Assembly (NCBI RefSeq): GCF_000019605.1
Contig: NC_010482.1
Span: 1,110,001 to 1,142,000 of the forward strand
Direction: 5' to 3'
Length of the DNA: 32,000 nucleotides
From: Candidatus Korarchaeum cryptofilum OPF8
Lineage (GTDB): Archaea; Korarchaeota; Korarchaeia; Korarchaeales; Korarchaeaceae
Part shown: piece after piece, positions 24,926 through 32,000 of the stretch
How the letters are laid out: the number at the start of each line of letters is the position of its first letter
Position numbering within the stretch: position 1 is the first letter of the stretch
Notes under the pieces: generated by a model
The model's input: the letters and a program-made list of their open reading frames with translations, nothing else
Told to the model about the DNA's origin: nothing
Databases searched by the model: none
Program-made: the position numbers and the translations under genes

Positions 24926-25714
24926 ATGGATATAGATAGGATAAGGGAAAGCGCAGAAAAGATTGTGGAGAAGGATCCTGAGATCTCGGATTCCATTCAC
25001 CTCTTCCTCGATATATTGGCTGTCCAGCTGGAGATAATGGATGAGATAATCGGGAAGATAGATCCGGAGGAGCTAATTGCTGATAGATATCCTCTCTTCG
25101 ATGCGATAGGCATCCCGAAGGTGGAGCCCGAGCTTTGGACGAGGTGCATGGATGAGATAATATCGAGAGTCTCATCCCACAGGGAGGACCTTAGAGAGGA
25201 ATTGGATGCTGTTAGAGAATCTCTTCACGAGAACTTGTTCGATCCGGAGGCTCTGGCCATTCTTTCCTTCAAAGGAGATATGAATTACGCGAGAGGAGTT
25301 TCCGTGAGCATAGGAGTGAGCGAGGACCTCCTCAGTGCTCTAGGGATCTGGACGATACAGCCCATTTTCATGGCGATAAGGGAGCTCTCTAAGGAAATTA
25401 AGGGATGGAATGCCGGGTTCTGTCCGATATGCGGTAGTTACACTAGGACATCTTTCCTGAAGGGAGATAAGGTCTTCATGAAGTGTGAGATTTGTGGAGA
25501 GGAGTGGGAATATCCCAGTAACACATGTCCATTCTGTGGTTCGAAGAAGATAGAGCCCCTCGAGTTGAAGGGAGAGACATCTCAAATTATGAGGTGTGAT
25601 GAATGCGGAGCTCATTGGAATTTGATAAATGAGGACTTACTCGGGGACATTTCAAGAGAGATTTACCCTATGCTAACTTTGAAACTAGAAAGTATGTTAG
25701 ATGAGGGGATTTAG
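24926..25714 (+). CDS. fdhE: FdhE-like protein (four CxxC rubredoxin-type motifs)
   Basis: CPICGS-x17-CEICGEEW-x7-CPFCGS-x19-CDECGAHW reproduces the FdhE pattern, and the N-terminal half looks helical. GGAGG lies 9 nt upstream, 45 nt after the hypE stop. Confidence 0.7.
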   Translation: MDIDRIRESAEKIVEKDPEISDSIHLFLDILAVQLEIMDEIIGKIDPEELIADRYPLFDAIGIPKVEPELWTRCMDEIISRVSSHREDLREELDAVRESLHENLFDPEALAILSFKGDMNYARGVSVSIGVSEDLLSALGIWTIQPIFMAIRELSKEIKGWNAGFCPICGSYTRTSFLKGDKVFMKCEICGEEWEYPSNTCPFCGSKKIEPLELKGETSQIMRCDECGAHWNLINEDLLGDISREIYPMLTLKLESMLDEGI

Positions 25715-25721
25715 GGGGTTT

Positions 25722-25745
25722 CTTCGCGGAAGTATATTTTAATTT
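25722..25745 (+). terminator. Short hairpin plus T-tract after the fdhE-like gene
   Basis: CTTC-GCG-GAAG (25722-25732) is followed by TATATTTTAATTT. Confidence 0.3.
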
Positions 25746-25920
25746 GCTATCTTAAACTATAAATAGCTTCTCTTATCCTCAAGGACCTTTTAATCACTGA
25801 GATGTCTCATAAGGAACTTAAAGTAATCTCATGTGAGATGTGCTAATCATAACGTAGACCATGAACGCGAGTTACCATAAGGTTTTTATGCGGCAATAAC
25901 TCCTCGTTTATGAGAGTGTC

Positions 25921-26247
25921 ATGATAGCCCCTGCTACAGTCAAGCTGATGCAGTTCGGGGGACTCGGTATCTGGGAGATCTTGCTGTTAGTGCTAATAGC
26001 TTTAATTCTCTTCGGTCCTAGGAAATTACCTGAGTTAGCGAGAGCTATGGGAGAAGCCGTGAGAGAGTTTAGGAAGGCGGCTAGTTCTACAGAGGAGAGC
26101 CAAAAAAGCTCGTCCCAAAGCGAGAGAACTGAGGGAAAGAGCAGTATCAGGGAGCTGGCTATTAGCTTGGGTATAGATGTCTCAGGTAAGACCGATGAAG
26201 AAATTTTGGAAGAGATAAAATCTAGAATCAGATCTAATAGTAGTTAG
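25921..26247 (+). CDS. tatA: Twin-arginine translocase subunit TatA/E
   Basis: GLGIWEILLLVLIALILFGPRKLPELARAMGEAVREFRKA is the TM helix, FGP hinge and amphipathic helix. An alternative start (MQFGG) is at 25948. GTTTTTATG lies about 30 nt upstream of 25921. Confidence 0.85.
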   Translation: MIAPATVKLMQFGGLGIWEILLLVLIALILFGPRKLPELARAMGEAVREFRKAASSTEESQKSSSQSERTEGKSSIRELAISLGIDVSGKTDEEILEEIKSRIRSNSS

Positions 26248-26297
26248 ATCCGAGGGAATCATCCGAATATGCTTATAATTATCGCCCCGATCAATAA

Positions 26298-26660
26298 TCA
26301 TGTGATATTGAGCTTTAGTTCCTCTAATATTTTGAGGATTATTAAGCACTTCTCCTCAAACTCCTCCTCATCTATAGTATCGATCGCTGGGCAAAGGTCA
26401 TCCAACTCGCATTCATTAGCTGAGATGTTGAATACAACTGGATAAGCCCTGCAGCCTAGGGGCCTATTCTCATATATCTTGCACTTCCCTCCCTCGAGGA
26501 AGTAGCACCTCCCATTGACGTTCCTCAGCCTATAAAAATCACTCTTCTCTGAGAACTCCTCCCTGCTATAGCCTAGCGACTCTATCCTCCTGATATCACT
26601 TTCCGTCAATATCATCTCCGTCTCGATGCAACAGATATGACATCCCTCCGGACAGAGCAT
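26298..26660 (-). CDS. YkgJ-family (UPF0153, CxxCxxCC) zinc/iron-chelating cysteine-cluster protein
   Basis: N-terminal CPEGCHICC plus downstream C...C..Y..RP..CR.YP (GKCKIYENRPLGCRAYP). The ATG at 26660 is preferred over the listed TTG at 26663. Confidence 0.8.
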   Translation of the reverse strand: MLCPEGCHICCIETEMILTESDIRRIESLGYSREEFSEKSDFYRLRNVNGRCYFLEGGKCKIYENRPLGCRAYPVVFNISANECELDDLCPAIDTIDEEEFEEKCLIILKILEELKLNIT

Positions 26661-26693
26661 CAAGGTTAAAACTTAGGGCTGCCTAAAACTTTT
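26661..26693. promoter_or_regulatory. 33-bp bidirectional promoter spacer with two TAAAACTT repeats
   Basis: TAAAACTT occurs at 26667-26674, about 20 nt before the tldD ATG. It occurs again at 26684-26691, about 24 nt before the ykgJ-like ATG on the other strand. Confidence 0.35.
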
Positions 26694-28052
26694 ATGTACT
26701 TGGAGAAGGCTCTGAGCAAGGGGCTCGAATTAGGAGCGGACTTCGTGGAGCTGAGGGAGGAGCGCTCATTAGGCACGATAATAAGGGTGGTTGATGGAGT
26801 TATAAGGGAGCTCAGCTCGGGAGACGAGTTGAGGATAAGTGTTAGAACTCTTTACAATGGAGGATGGGGCTTCAGCGTCGCTGGATCTGAAGAGGAGCTA
26901 GATGAGGCACTGAAAGAATCCTTCAAGATGGCCAAGCTTTCCTCTAAGTGGTCCTCGAAGTTCGAAGCCTATTGGCCATCCTTCAAGGGGAGCTACGAAG
27001 TTCTGGGGAAAGAACCAGCATGGGAAGTCCCATTGGAGAGGAAAATAGGCATTTTAATGGATCAGCATAGGATCGCTAGCTCGATAAAAGGTGTGAAGAA
27101 TACCAACATCCACTTAGTAGATTCTTTGAGAGAAACGAGGGTCATAAATTCCCTGGGAACGGACACTAGGCAGAAGATATCGAGGGTGAGGATCTCCTCA
27201 TACATATTCGCCCACGAATCCGGAGTTACTGAAGCTGCTTTCGAATCTAAGGGAGGATTGGGTGGAATTGAGATAGTCGAGGGAGCCGAGGTAGCGGAGA
27301 AAGCTGCGAAGAGGGCTGTAGAAGCTCTATCCGCAGTGCCAGCACCTCCAGGGAAACACAGAGCTATTCTGGACCCTAAGTTAGCTGGCGTATTCATACA
27401 TGAGGCATTCGGTCACGCTGCTGAGGGAGATGCCGTACTCAACAATGAGAGCATACTGGCGGATATGATGGGCAAGCCCGTGGGTGCGCCTTCGATAAGC
27501 GTTTTAGATGATCCCACTATAGAGGGGCTCTATGGGAGCTATAGATATGATGATGAGGGGACCGAGGCTAGGAGGAAGTATATAGTGAAGGAGGGGATCC
27601 TATCAGGGTATTTGACGAATCTAGAGGTATCTAAGAAGCTCGGGACTGAGCCCACAGGTAATGCGAGGTCCATGGATTTCGGTAACCCGCCTGAAGTCAG
27701 GATGTCTAATACTTTCATAGAAGCGGGGGACTGGAGCTTCGAGGAGATGTTATCTGAGATTAAGGAGGGGATTTACGCTATAGGATCCCTCTATGGATAT
27801 ACAGATCCCGCTAAGGGTCAGTTCATGTTCAAAGCTGAGGGAGGTTGGCTGATAGAGGGAGGAGAACTTAAGAAGAGGCTCAGAGAGGTAGCGATCACCG
27901 GTATGACTCTGGAGGTTCTACATAATGTTGAAGCAATAGGCAAGGAGCTCTCGCATGACCCCGGGAGCTGCGGGAAGAAGAGTCAATGGGTACCCGTTAC
28001 CACGGGCTCCCCGCATGTAATGGTGAGTAGTATCGTATTCGGCGGGAGGTGA
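26694..28052 (+). CDS. tldD: Metalloprotease TldD
   Basis: Zinc motif HEAFGHAAEGD, plus GSYRYDDEG and a C-terminal GGR. 452 aa. Confidence 0.9.
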   Translation: MYLEKALSKGLELGADFVELREERSLGTIIRVVDGVIRELSSGDELRISVRTLYNGGWGFSVAGSEEELDEALKESFKMAKLSSKWSSKFEAYWPSFKGSYEVLGKEPAWEVPLERKIGILMDQHRIASSIKGVKNTNIHLVDSLRETRVINSLGTDTRQKISRVRISSYIFAHESGVTEAAFESKGGLGGIEIVEGAEVAEKAAKRAVEALSAVPAPPGKHRAILDPKLAGVFIHEAFGHAAEGDAVLNNESILADMMGKPVGAPSISVLDDPTIEGLYGSYRYDDEGTEARRKYIVKEGILSGYLTNLEVSKKLGTEPTGNARSMDFGNPPEVRMSNTFIEAGDWSFEEMLSEIKEGIYAIGSLYGYTDPAKGQFMFKAEGGWLIEGGELKKRLREVAITGMTLEVLHNVEAIGKELSHDPGSCGKKSQWVPVTTGSPHVMVSSIVFGGR

Positions 28053-28056
28053 TCTT

Positions 28057-29373
28057 ATGTTAGTCGAGGAAGCAGTTAGATCCGCTATTAGGAATGGAGC
28101 CGAGGAGGCCGAGGGTTTCGAGATAAGAATAAGGAGGATATCATTGAGCGTAGAAAAGGGGGTATTGAAGACCGCTAGCAGCACTAGAGAAACTGGGCTC
28201 GGCGTTAGAGCCGTAATAGGTAAGAAATTGGGGATAGCTTTCGCAACTAACCCTCTAGATGGGCATTTCGTCGGTAAGAGAGCCTCCATTAATGCTAAAG
28301 CATCTCCAGAGGATCCTAACTTTCACTCACTCCCCGATCCACATGAAGTGAGTCTAATGGACTGCATCTTGGATCCGAAGATAAGGGATGCCGAGATAGA
28401 GGATGTCTCATCCCTCTTCATGGAATCTATAGAAGCAGCTAAGATCTCCCCCAGCGTAGTTTCCGTATCAGGTATGTTCGATCTGATCCACAGTGAGGTA
28501 TCCATATTCAGCTCTAAAGGAGTAGATGTTGAGGAGAGCAGGACATCCTATCACATATTCCTAGAGGTCTCAGCGAAGGATGGGGATAGAAGAGGATCGG
28601 GATTCAACTTCTCGGAGGGCAGGAAACTTGATTCACTCGATCCGAGGAGACTAGGAAGAGAAGCTGGGGAAATAGCCATAAAGAGCTTAGATTCCATGAA
28701 AATAGGAGTTGAGGAGCTTCCAGTAGTATTTAAACCGAAATCCCTCCCTGGAATAATCCCATTCATAGTAGATGAAGCGGCCAATGCTGAGAATTTACAG
28801 TACGGGAGGAGCTTCTTGACCGGCAGGCTCTTCACTCAAGTGGCTAGAGAGGAGGTAAGTTTGATCGATGATGGGAGGATCCCTTGGCTCATAGGAAGCT
28901 CCAGTTTTGATGATGAGGGCGTCCCTAAGGGTAGAACTGCCGTGATCGATAATGGGATCTTCAGTAGCCCCATATACAATTGGTACGCTGCTAAGAGGGA
29001 CGGGAAGGAGAGCACGGGAAACGCATCTAGGGATTATAAGAGAGCCCCCTCTATCTCAGCTAACAACGTCCTCCTGCACGCTCCTAAATTGGAGATGAGT
29101 GAAGAAGAGCTTCTAGATGTAAATAGGGGGATACTAGTTCTATACACGGGCGATACTCCAAATCTGGCTACTGGTGAGTTCAGCGGGATGGCAGAAACTG
29201 CTTTCCTGATTGAGGGAGGGGAAATTAAGAAATCCCTCAGGCAAACGGGGATAGCCTTCACGATAGAGGATGCTCTAAAGGGGTTGGAAGGTGTCGGAAG
29301 GGATATTGAACCTGTAGGCTCATATTACGGGGGCTCCATCAGGATAAGAGCCAGGGTCTCGGGACCGGGATGA
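28057..29373 (+). CDS. pmbA: TldD partner protein PmbA/TldE
   Basis: Paralogous to TldD but without HExxxH. It has FDDEGVP and a conserved C-terminal fold. It starts 4 nt after the tldD stop. Confidence 0.85.
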   Translation: MLVEEAVRSAIRNGAEEAEGFEIRIRRISLSVEKGVLKTASSTRETGLGVRAVIGKKLGIAFATNPLDGHFVGKRASINAKASPEDPNFHSLPDPHEVSLMDCILDPKIRDAEIEDVSSLFMESIEAAKISPSVVSVSGMFDLIHSEVSIFSSKGVDVEESRTSYHIFLEVSAKDGDRRGSGFNFSEGRKLDSLDPRRLGREAGEIAIKSLDSMKIGVEELPVVFKPKSLPGIIPFIVDEAANAENLQYGRSFLTGRLFTQVAREEVSLIDDGRIPWLIGSSSFDDEGVPKGRTAVIDNGIFSSPIYNWYAAKRDGKESTGNASRDYKRAPSISANNVLLHAPKLEMSEEELLDVNRGILVLYTGDTPNLATGEFSGMAETAFLIEGGEIKKSLRQTGIAFTIEDALKGLEGVGRDIEPVGSYYGGSIRIRARVSGPG

Positions 29374-30884
29374 ATATGCTCATCATTAACTTCGGTGGTC
29401 AGTACGCTCATTTAATAGCTAGAAGGATAAGGGATCTTGGCGTCTATTCGGAAGTGATCCCTTATACGAGAGCGAGTTTGGAGGAAATAATGGCTAAGAG
29501 ACCATCGGGATTGATACTTTCGGGAGGGCCTAGCAGCGTTTACGTGCCGGGCTCACCTTCCATAGATCCCAGGATACTGGACCTAGGTATACCGATCCTG
29601 GGGATATGTTACGGCTTCCAGTTGATAGCTAAGATTATGGGTGGAGAGGTCAGGAGGGGCGAGGGGGAGTTCGGCCCAACTAGGGTCAGGGTGATTCAGG
29701 AAGATGAGCTACTCAGTGGTTGGAACGCTGATATAGTCTGGATGAGTCATTCGGATTTCGTTTCGAATCTACCGGAGGACTTCATCGTAACATCCATTTC
29801 TGAGAAAGGTTATCTTAGTTCATTTAAGCATAAGAGTAAGCCGATATATGGCGTTCAATTTCATCCCGAGGTGAAGCATACTAGAGGAGGTTCCCTGATC
29901 CTGGAGAACTTCATAAGGATTTCCGGAGCACAAAAGAACTGGAACGCGGAGAGGATGCTCTCTCTAATTGAGAGTTATCTCGCTAAGGAAATCTCAGGAT
30001 GCAAGAAAGTGCTGGCTGCTGTTAGCGGAGGTGTGGATTCCACGGTCTCCACCCTTCTGGCCAGTAGAGTAGCGGGGGACAAAGTCGTTCCCGTCTTCGT
30101 TAACCATGGCCTGCTCAGGAAGGGTGAGGCTGAGAGCGTCCTCTCTTCCCTTAAGAGTATAGGGATCGATGTTATTTACGTGGATGCCTCTGAGGAGTTC
30201 CTCAGTTCGCTAAAAGGAATCAAAGATTGTGAGAAGAAGAGGGAAATAATAGGAGAAATTTTTGCTAGAATATTCTCGGAGATCTCGGAGAGGGAGGGGT
30301 GCGATTGCCTCCTCCAGGGAACGCTATATCCGGATGTTGTGGAGAGCGGGGCAGAGATAGGAGCTGATAGGATAAAGAGCCATCATAACGTTGCAGGTCT
30401 CCCGCCTTGGTTCAAGGGGAGAGTCTTAGAGCCTTTGAGATACCTCTATAAGGATGAGGTCAGAAAGCTCGCTAAGTACTTGGGAATACCGGAGGAGATC
30501 GTGAATAAGCACCCATTCCCCGGTCCCGGACTTGCGGTTAGGGTGATAGGTGAGGTTACTGAGGAGAAGCTTGAGATAGTTAGGGAGGCATCCAGCATAG
30601 TTGAGGAGGTGCTTAGGAAAAGAGGTCTATATGATAAGGTTTGGCAAGCCTTTTCCGTAGTTGGAGATGACAGATGGGTGGGGATCAAGGGAGATTCTAG
30701 AGTCGATGGGTATATAGTGACCGTGAGGATCGTGGAGAGCGAGGATGCGATGACAGCGGATTGGTTCGCTTTGGATAGGGAGATCATGGAGGAAATATCC
30801 AAGAGGATTTCCTCTATTCCACGAGTCTCCATGGTAACGTATGCAATAACGACGAAACCCCCCAGCACTATCGAGCCCTGTTGA
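29370..30884 (+). CDS. guaA: GMP synthase (glutamine-hydrolysing), fused GATase plus ATP-pyrophosphatase form
   Basis: GATase ILGICYGFQL and QFHPE. PP-loop AVSGGVDSTV. C-terminal dimerisation domain ending PPSTIEPC. The ATG overlaps the pmbA TGA (ATGA at 29370-29373). Confidence 0.95.
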   Translation: MNMLIINFGGQYAHLIARRIRDLGVYSEVIPYTRASLEEIMAKRPSGLILSGGPSSVYVPGSPSIDPRILDLGIPILGICYGFQLIAKIMGGEVRRGEGEFGPTRVRVIQEDELLSGWNADIVWMSHSDFVSNLPEDFIVTSISEKGYLSSFKHKSKPIYGVQFHPEVKHTRGGSLILENFIRISGAQKNWNAERMLSLIESYLAKEISGCKKVLAAVSGGVDSTVSTLLASRVAGDKVVPVFVNHGLLRKGEAESVLSSLKSIGIDVIYVDASEEFLSSLKGIKDCEKKREIIGEIFARIFSEISEREGCDCLLQGTLYPDVVESGAEIGADRIKSHHNVAGLPPWFKGRVLEPLRYLYKDEVRKLAKYLGIPEEIVNKHPFPGPGLAVRVIGEVTEEKLEIVREASSIVEEVLRKRGLYDKVWQAFSVVGDDRWVGIKGDSRVDGYIVTVRIVESEDAMTADWFALDREIMEEISKRISSIPRVSMVTYAITTKPPSTIEPC

Positions 30885-30888
30885 ACTG

Positions 30889-31212
30889 TCACTCCACTTC
30901 TATCTGATCACTTGGTATACCCCACTTCTCCATGAGCAATTTAGCGACTTTATGCCTATGATCCCCTTGAAGAAGGACATATCCGTCCTTGTATGTTCCT
31001 CCGCATGCCAGAATTCTCTTGGTTTCCTTGAGGAAGTTCCATATGTTCTCGTCTGAGAACGGTAGGTTCTCTATTATTGTGACGTCCTTCCCCTTCCTTC
31101 TCTCGTATCTTATCTTAACTGGTCTGAGTTCCTTCTCGACCTCCTCCCAGGCGAAAAGCTCGACTGGGAGCCCGGTAATGGGATCTCTAACCCTCTCCTC
31201 GAACGCGACCAT
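30889..31212 (-). CDS. Translation initiation factor aIF1 / SUI1 family
   Basis: RKGKDVTIIENL ... LKETKRILACGGTYKDGYVLLQGDHRHKVAKLL. The minus-strand TATA-like CTTTTTAAATAA (31236-31247) lies 23 nt upstream of the ATG. Confidence 0.9.
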   Translation of the reverse strand: MVAFEERVRDPITGLPVELFAWEEVEKELRPVKIRYERRKGKDVTIIENLPFSDENIWNFLKETKRILACGGTYKDGYVLLQGDHRHKVAKLLMEKWGIPSDQIEVE

Positions 31213-31514
31213 CCTAGCTTATAGATCGATGTACTTATTTAAAAAGATTAGGGCCTCGCATGATCCACTCGTTGTCCGGAAGTTATGCTTTAGTGATTCG
31301 ATAGAATTTAACAGCGGCTTCATATTCTCTAAAGACCCTCTTAGCTCGAGCTATTCGCGGAATCAGCCCCTGATAGATCCCAAGAAAGTCTAGCTCCTAG
31401 TTTCCATGAACATATCTAAGTTTCATTATTACTCTAAGTTTTAAGGTTTTACCTTCTTAAGGTCTCACTCTTCTTCACAATCCATGGATTAAAAATTAAG
31501 ATTTTCTTCGGGGC

Positions 31515-31919
31515 TTAGAAAAGGCTCGTTATGTTACTTGCCGATTCCATCCACCATTTGTTATATTCATCCCTCTTTTTCTCGATTTCTTCTTCTGTAT
31601 AGAACTCGAATTTAATATCTTTTGCTTTATATACCTCTAAGCTCTTGAGATCCTCGACATCCCATAATAGCGCTAGCACTTGGGACTCGAGCCAGTCCAG
31701 AGGATCTTCATCGGGTGGCGATATCTTCGATGGCCAGTTTGTTTTCCCCTCAAATCTGACATGGCATCTACCGTCCTTCCTTCTTATCTCTAGTATTCTC
31801 AAATTCTCGGATTCCTTCGCTTCTTTCCTTAAATCGATCCCAAGCCTGTTGAAGAACTCCGAACACTTCTCCTCGTTCTCGAATACGAGTTCCCCCTTGA
31901 CCCCTAGGTTGACTCCCAT
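31515..31919 (-). CDS. Hypothetical protein (134 aa)
   Basis: Normal acidic/basic composition. The antisense ORF 31645-31944 is S-rich and therefore a shadow. The minus-strand TATA-like AAGTTTTTAATG (about 31940-31951) lies about 21 nt upstream of the ATG. I recognise no family. Confidence 0.55.
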   Translation of the reverse strand: MGVNLGVKGELVFENEEKCSEFFNRLGIDLRKEAKESENLRILEIRRKDGRCHVRFEGKTNWPSKISPPDEDPLDWLESQVLALLWDVEDLKSLEVYKAKDIKFEFYTEEEIEKKRDEYNKWWMESASNITSLF

Positions 31920-32000
31920 AAGGCTTCGGGATCTAACCCATTAAAAACTTAAGTGATTCAATTGACCCACAATCGAGATCGAGGGAATAGATGTTAATAG

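Noticed and set aside
25795-25845. Short palindromes GAGATGTCTC and TCTCATGTGAGA and the TGAGATGT direct repeat upstream of tatA.
   Set aside because: The stems are 4-5 bp with no adjacent T-tract or promoter relationship. They are recorded but not distinguishable from chance without conservation data.
31250-31345. 32-codon minus-strand ORF (MKPLLNSIESLKHNFRTTSGSCEALIFLNKYIDL) in the SUI1 upstream spacer.
   Set aside because: It is too short, has no SD or TATA context, and ends inside the SUI1 promoter. Nothing supports it as coding.

Overview
This is a gene-dense archaeal chromosomal segment with about 36 supportable CDS and no rRNA, tRNA, CRISPR array or recognisable mobile element. The archaeal assignment rests on an aIF1/SUI1 gene, type II 3-dehydroquinate synthase, Mvh/HdrA genes, an Mrp/MinD-type HypB, and TATA-like boxes about 21-24 nt upstream of many start codons. 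Protein composition looks hyperthermophile-like, rich in E, K, R and I. The lineage cannot be fixed from the sequence alone.

The core of the window (about 7.8-24.9 kb) is a nickel and [NiFe]-hydrogenase island:
- nikR, convergent with a cbiMNQO-type Ni/Co ECF uptake operon
- hypF-hypD on the minus strand
- a 463-bp very AT-rich divergent control region
- a tightly coupled plus-strand operon: a ferredoxin/NarI-like membrane fusion protein, two different HdrA paralogs, and mvhD-mvhG-mvhA
- a maturation endopeptidase, hypA, an Mrp/MinD-type hypB, hypC and hypE

An FdhE-like gene and tatA follow the island.

The most interesting observation is that this Mvh/HdrA module has no HdrB/C/D (CCG-domain) partner in the window. 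It appears instead to be wired to a membrane b-cytochrome-like anchor. The two HdrA paralogs have lost complementary parts.

The flanks carry housekeeping genes (oppF, aroB', ITPase, a CBS protein, tldD/pmbA, guaA, SUI1) and several small uncharacterised genes.

All calls come from reading motifs in the supplied translations. No database search was run.
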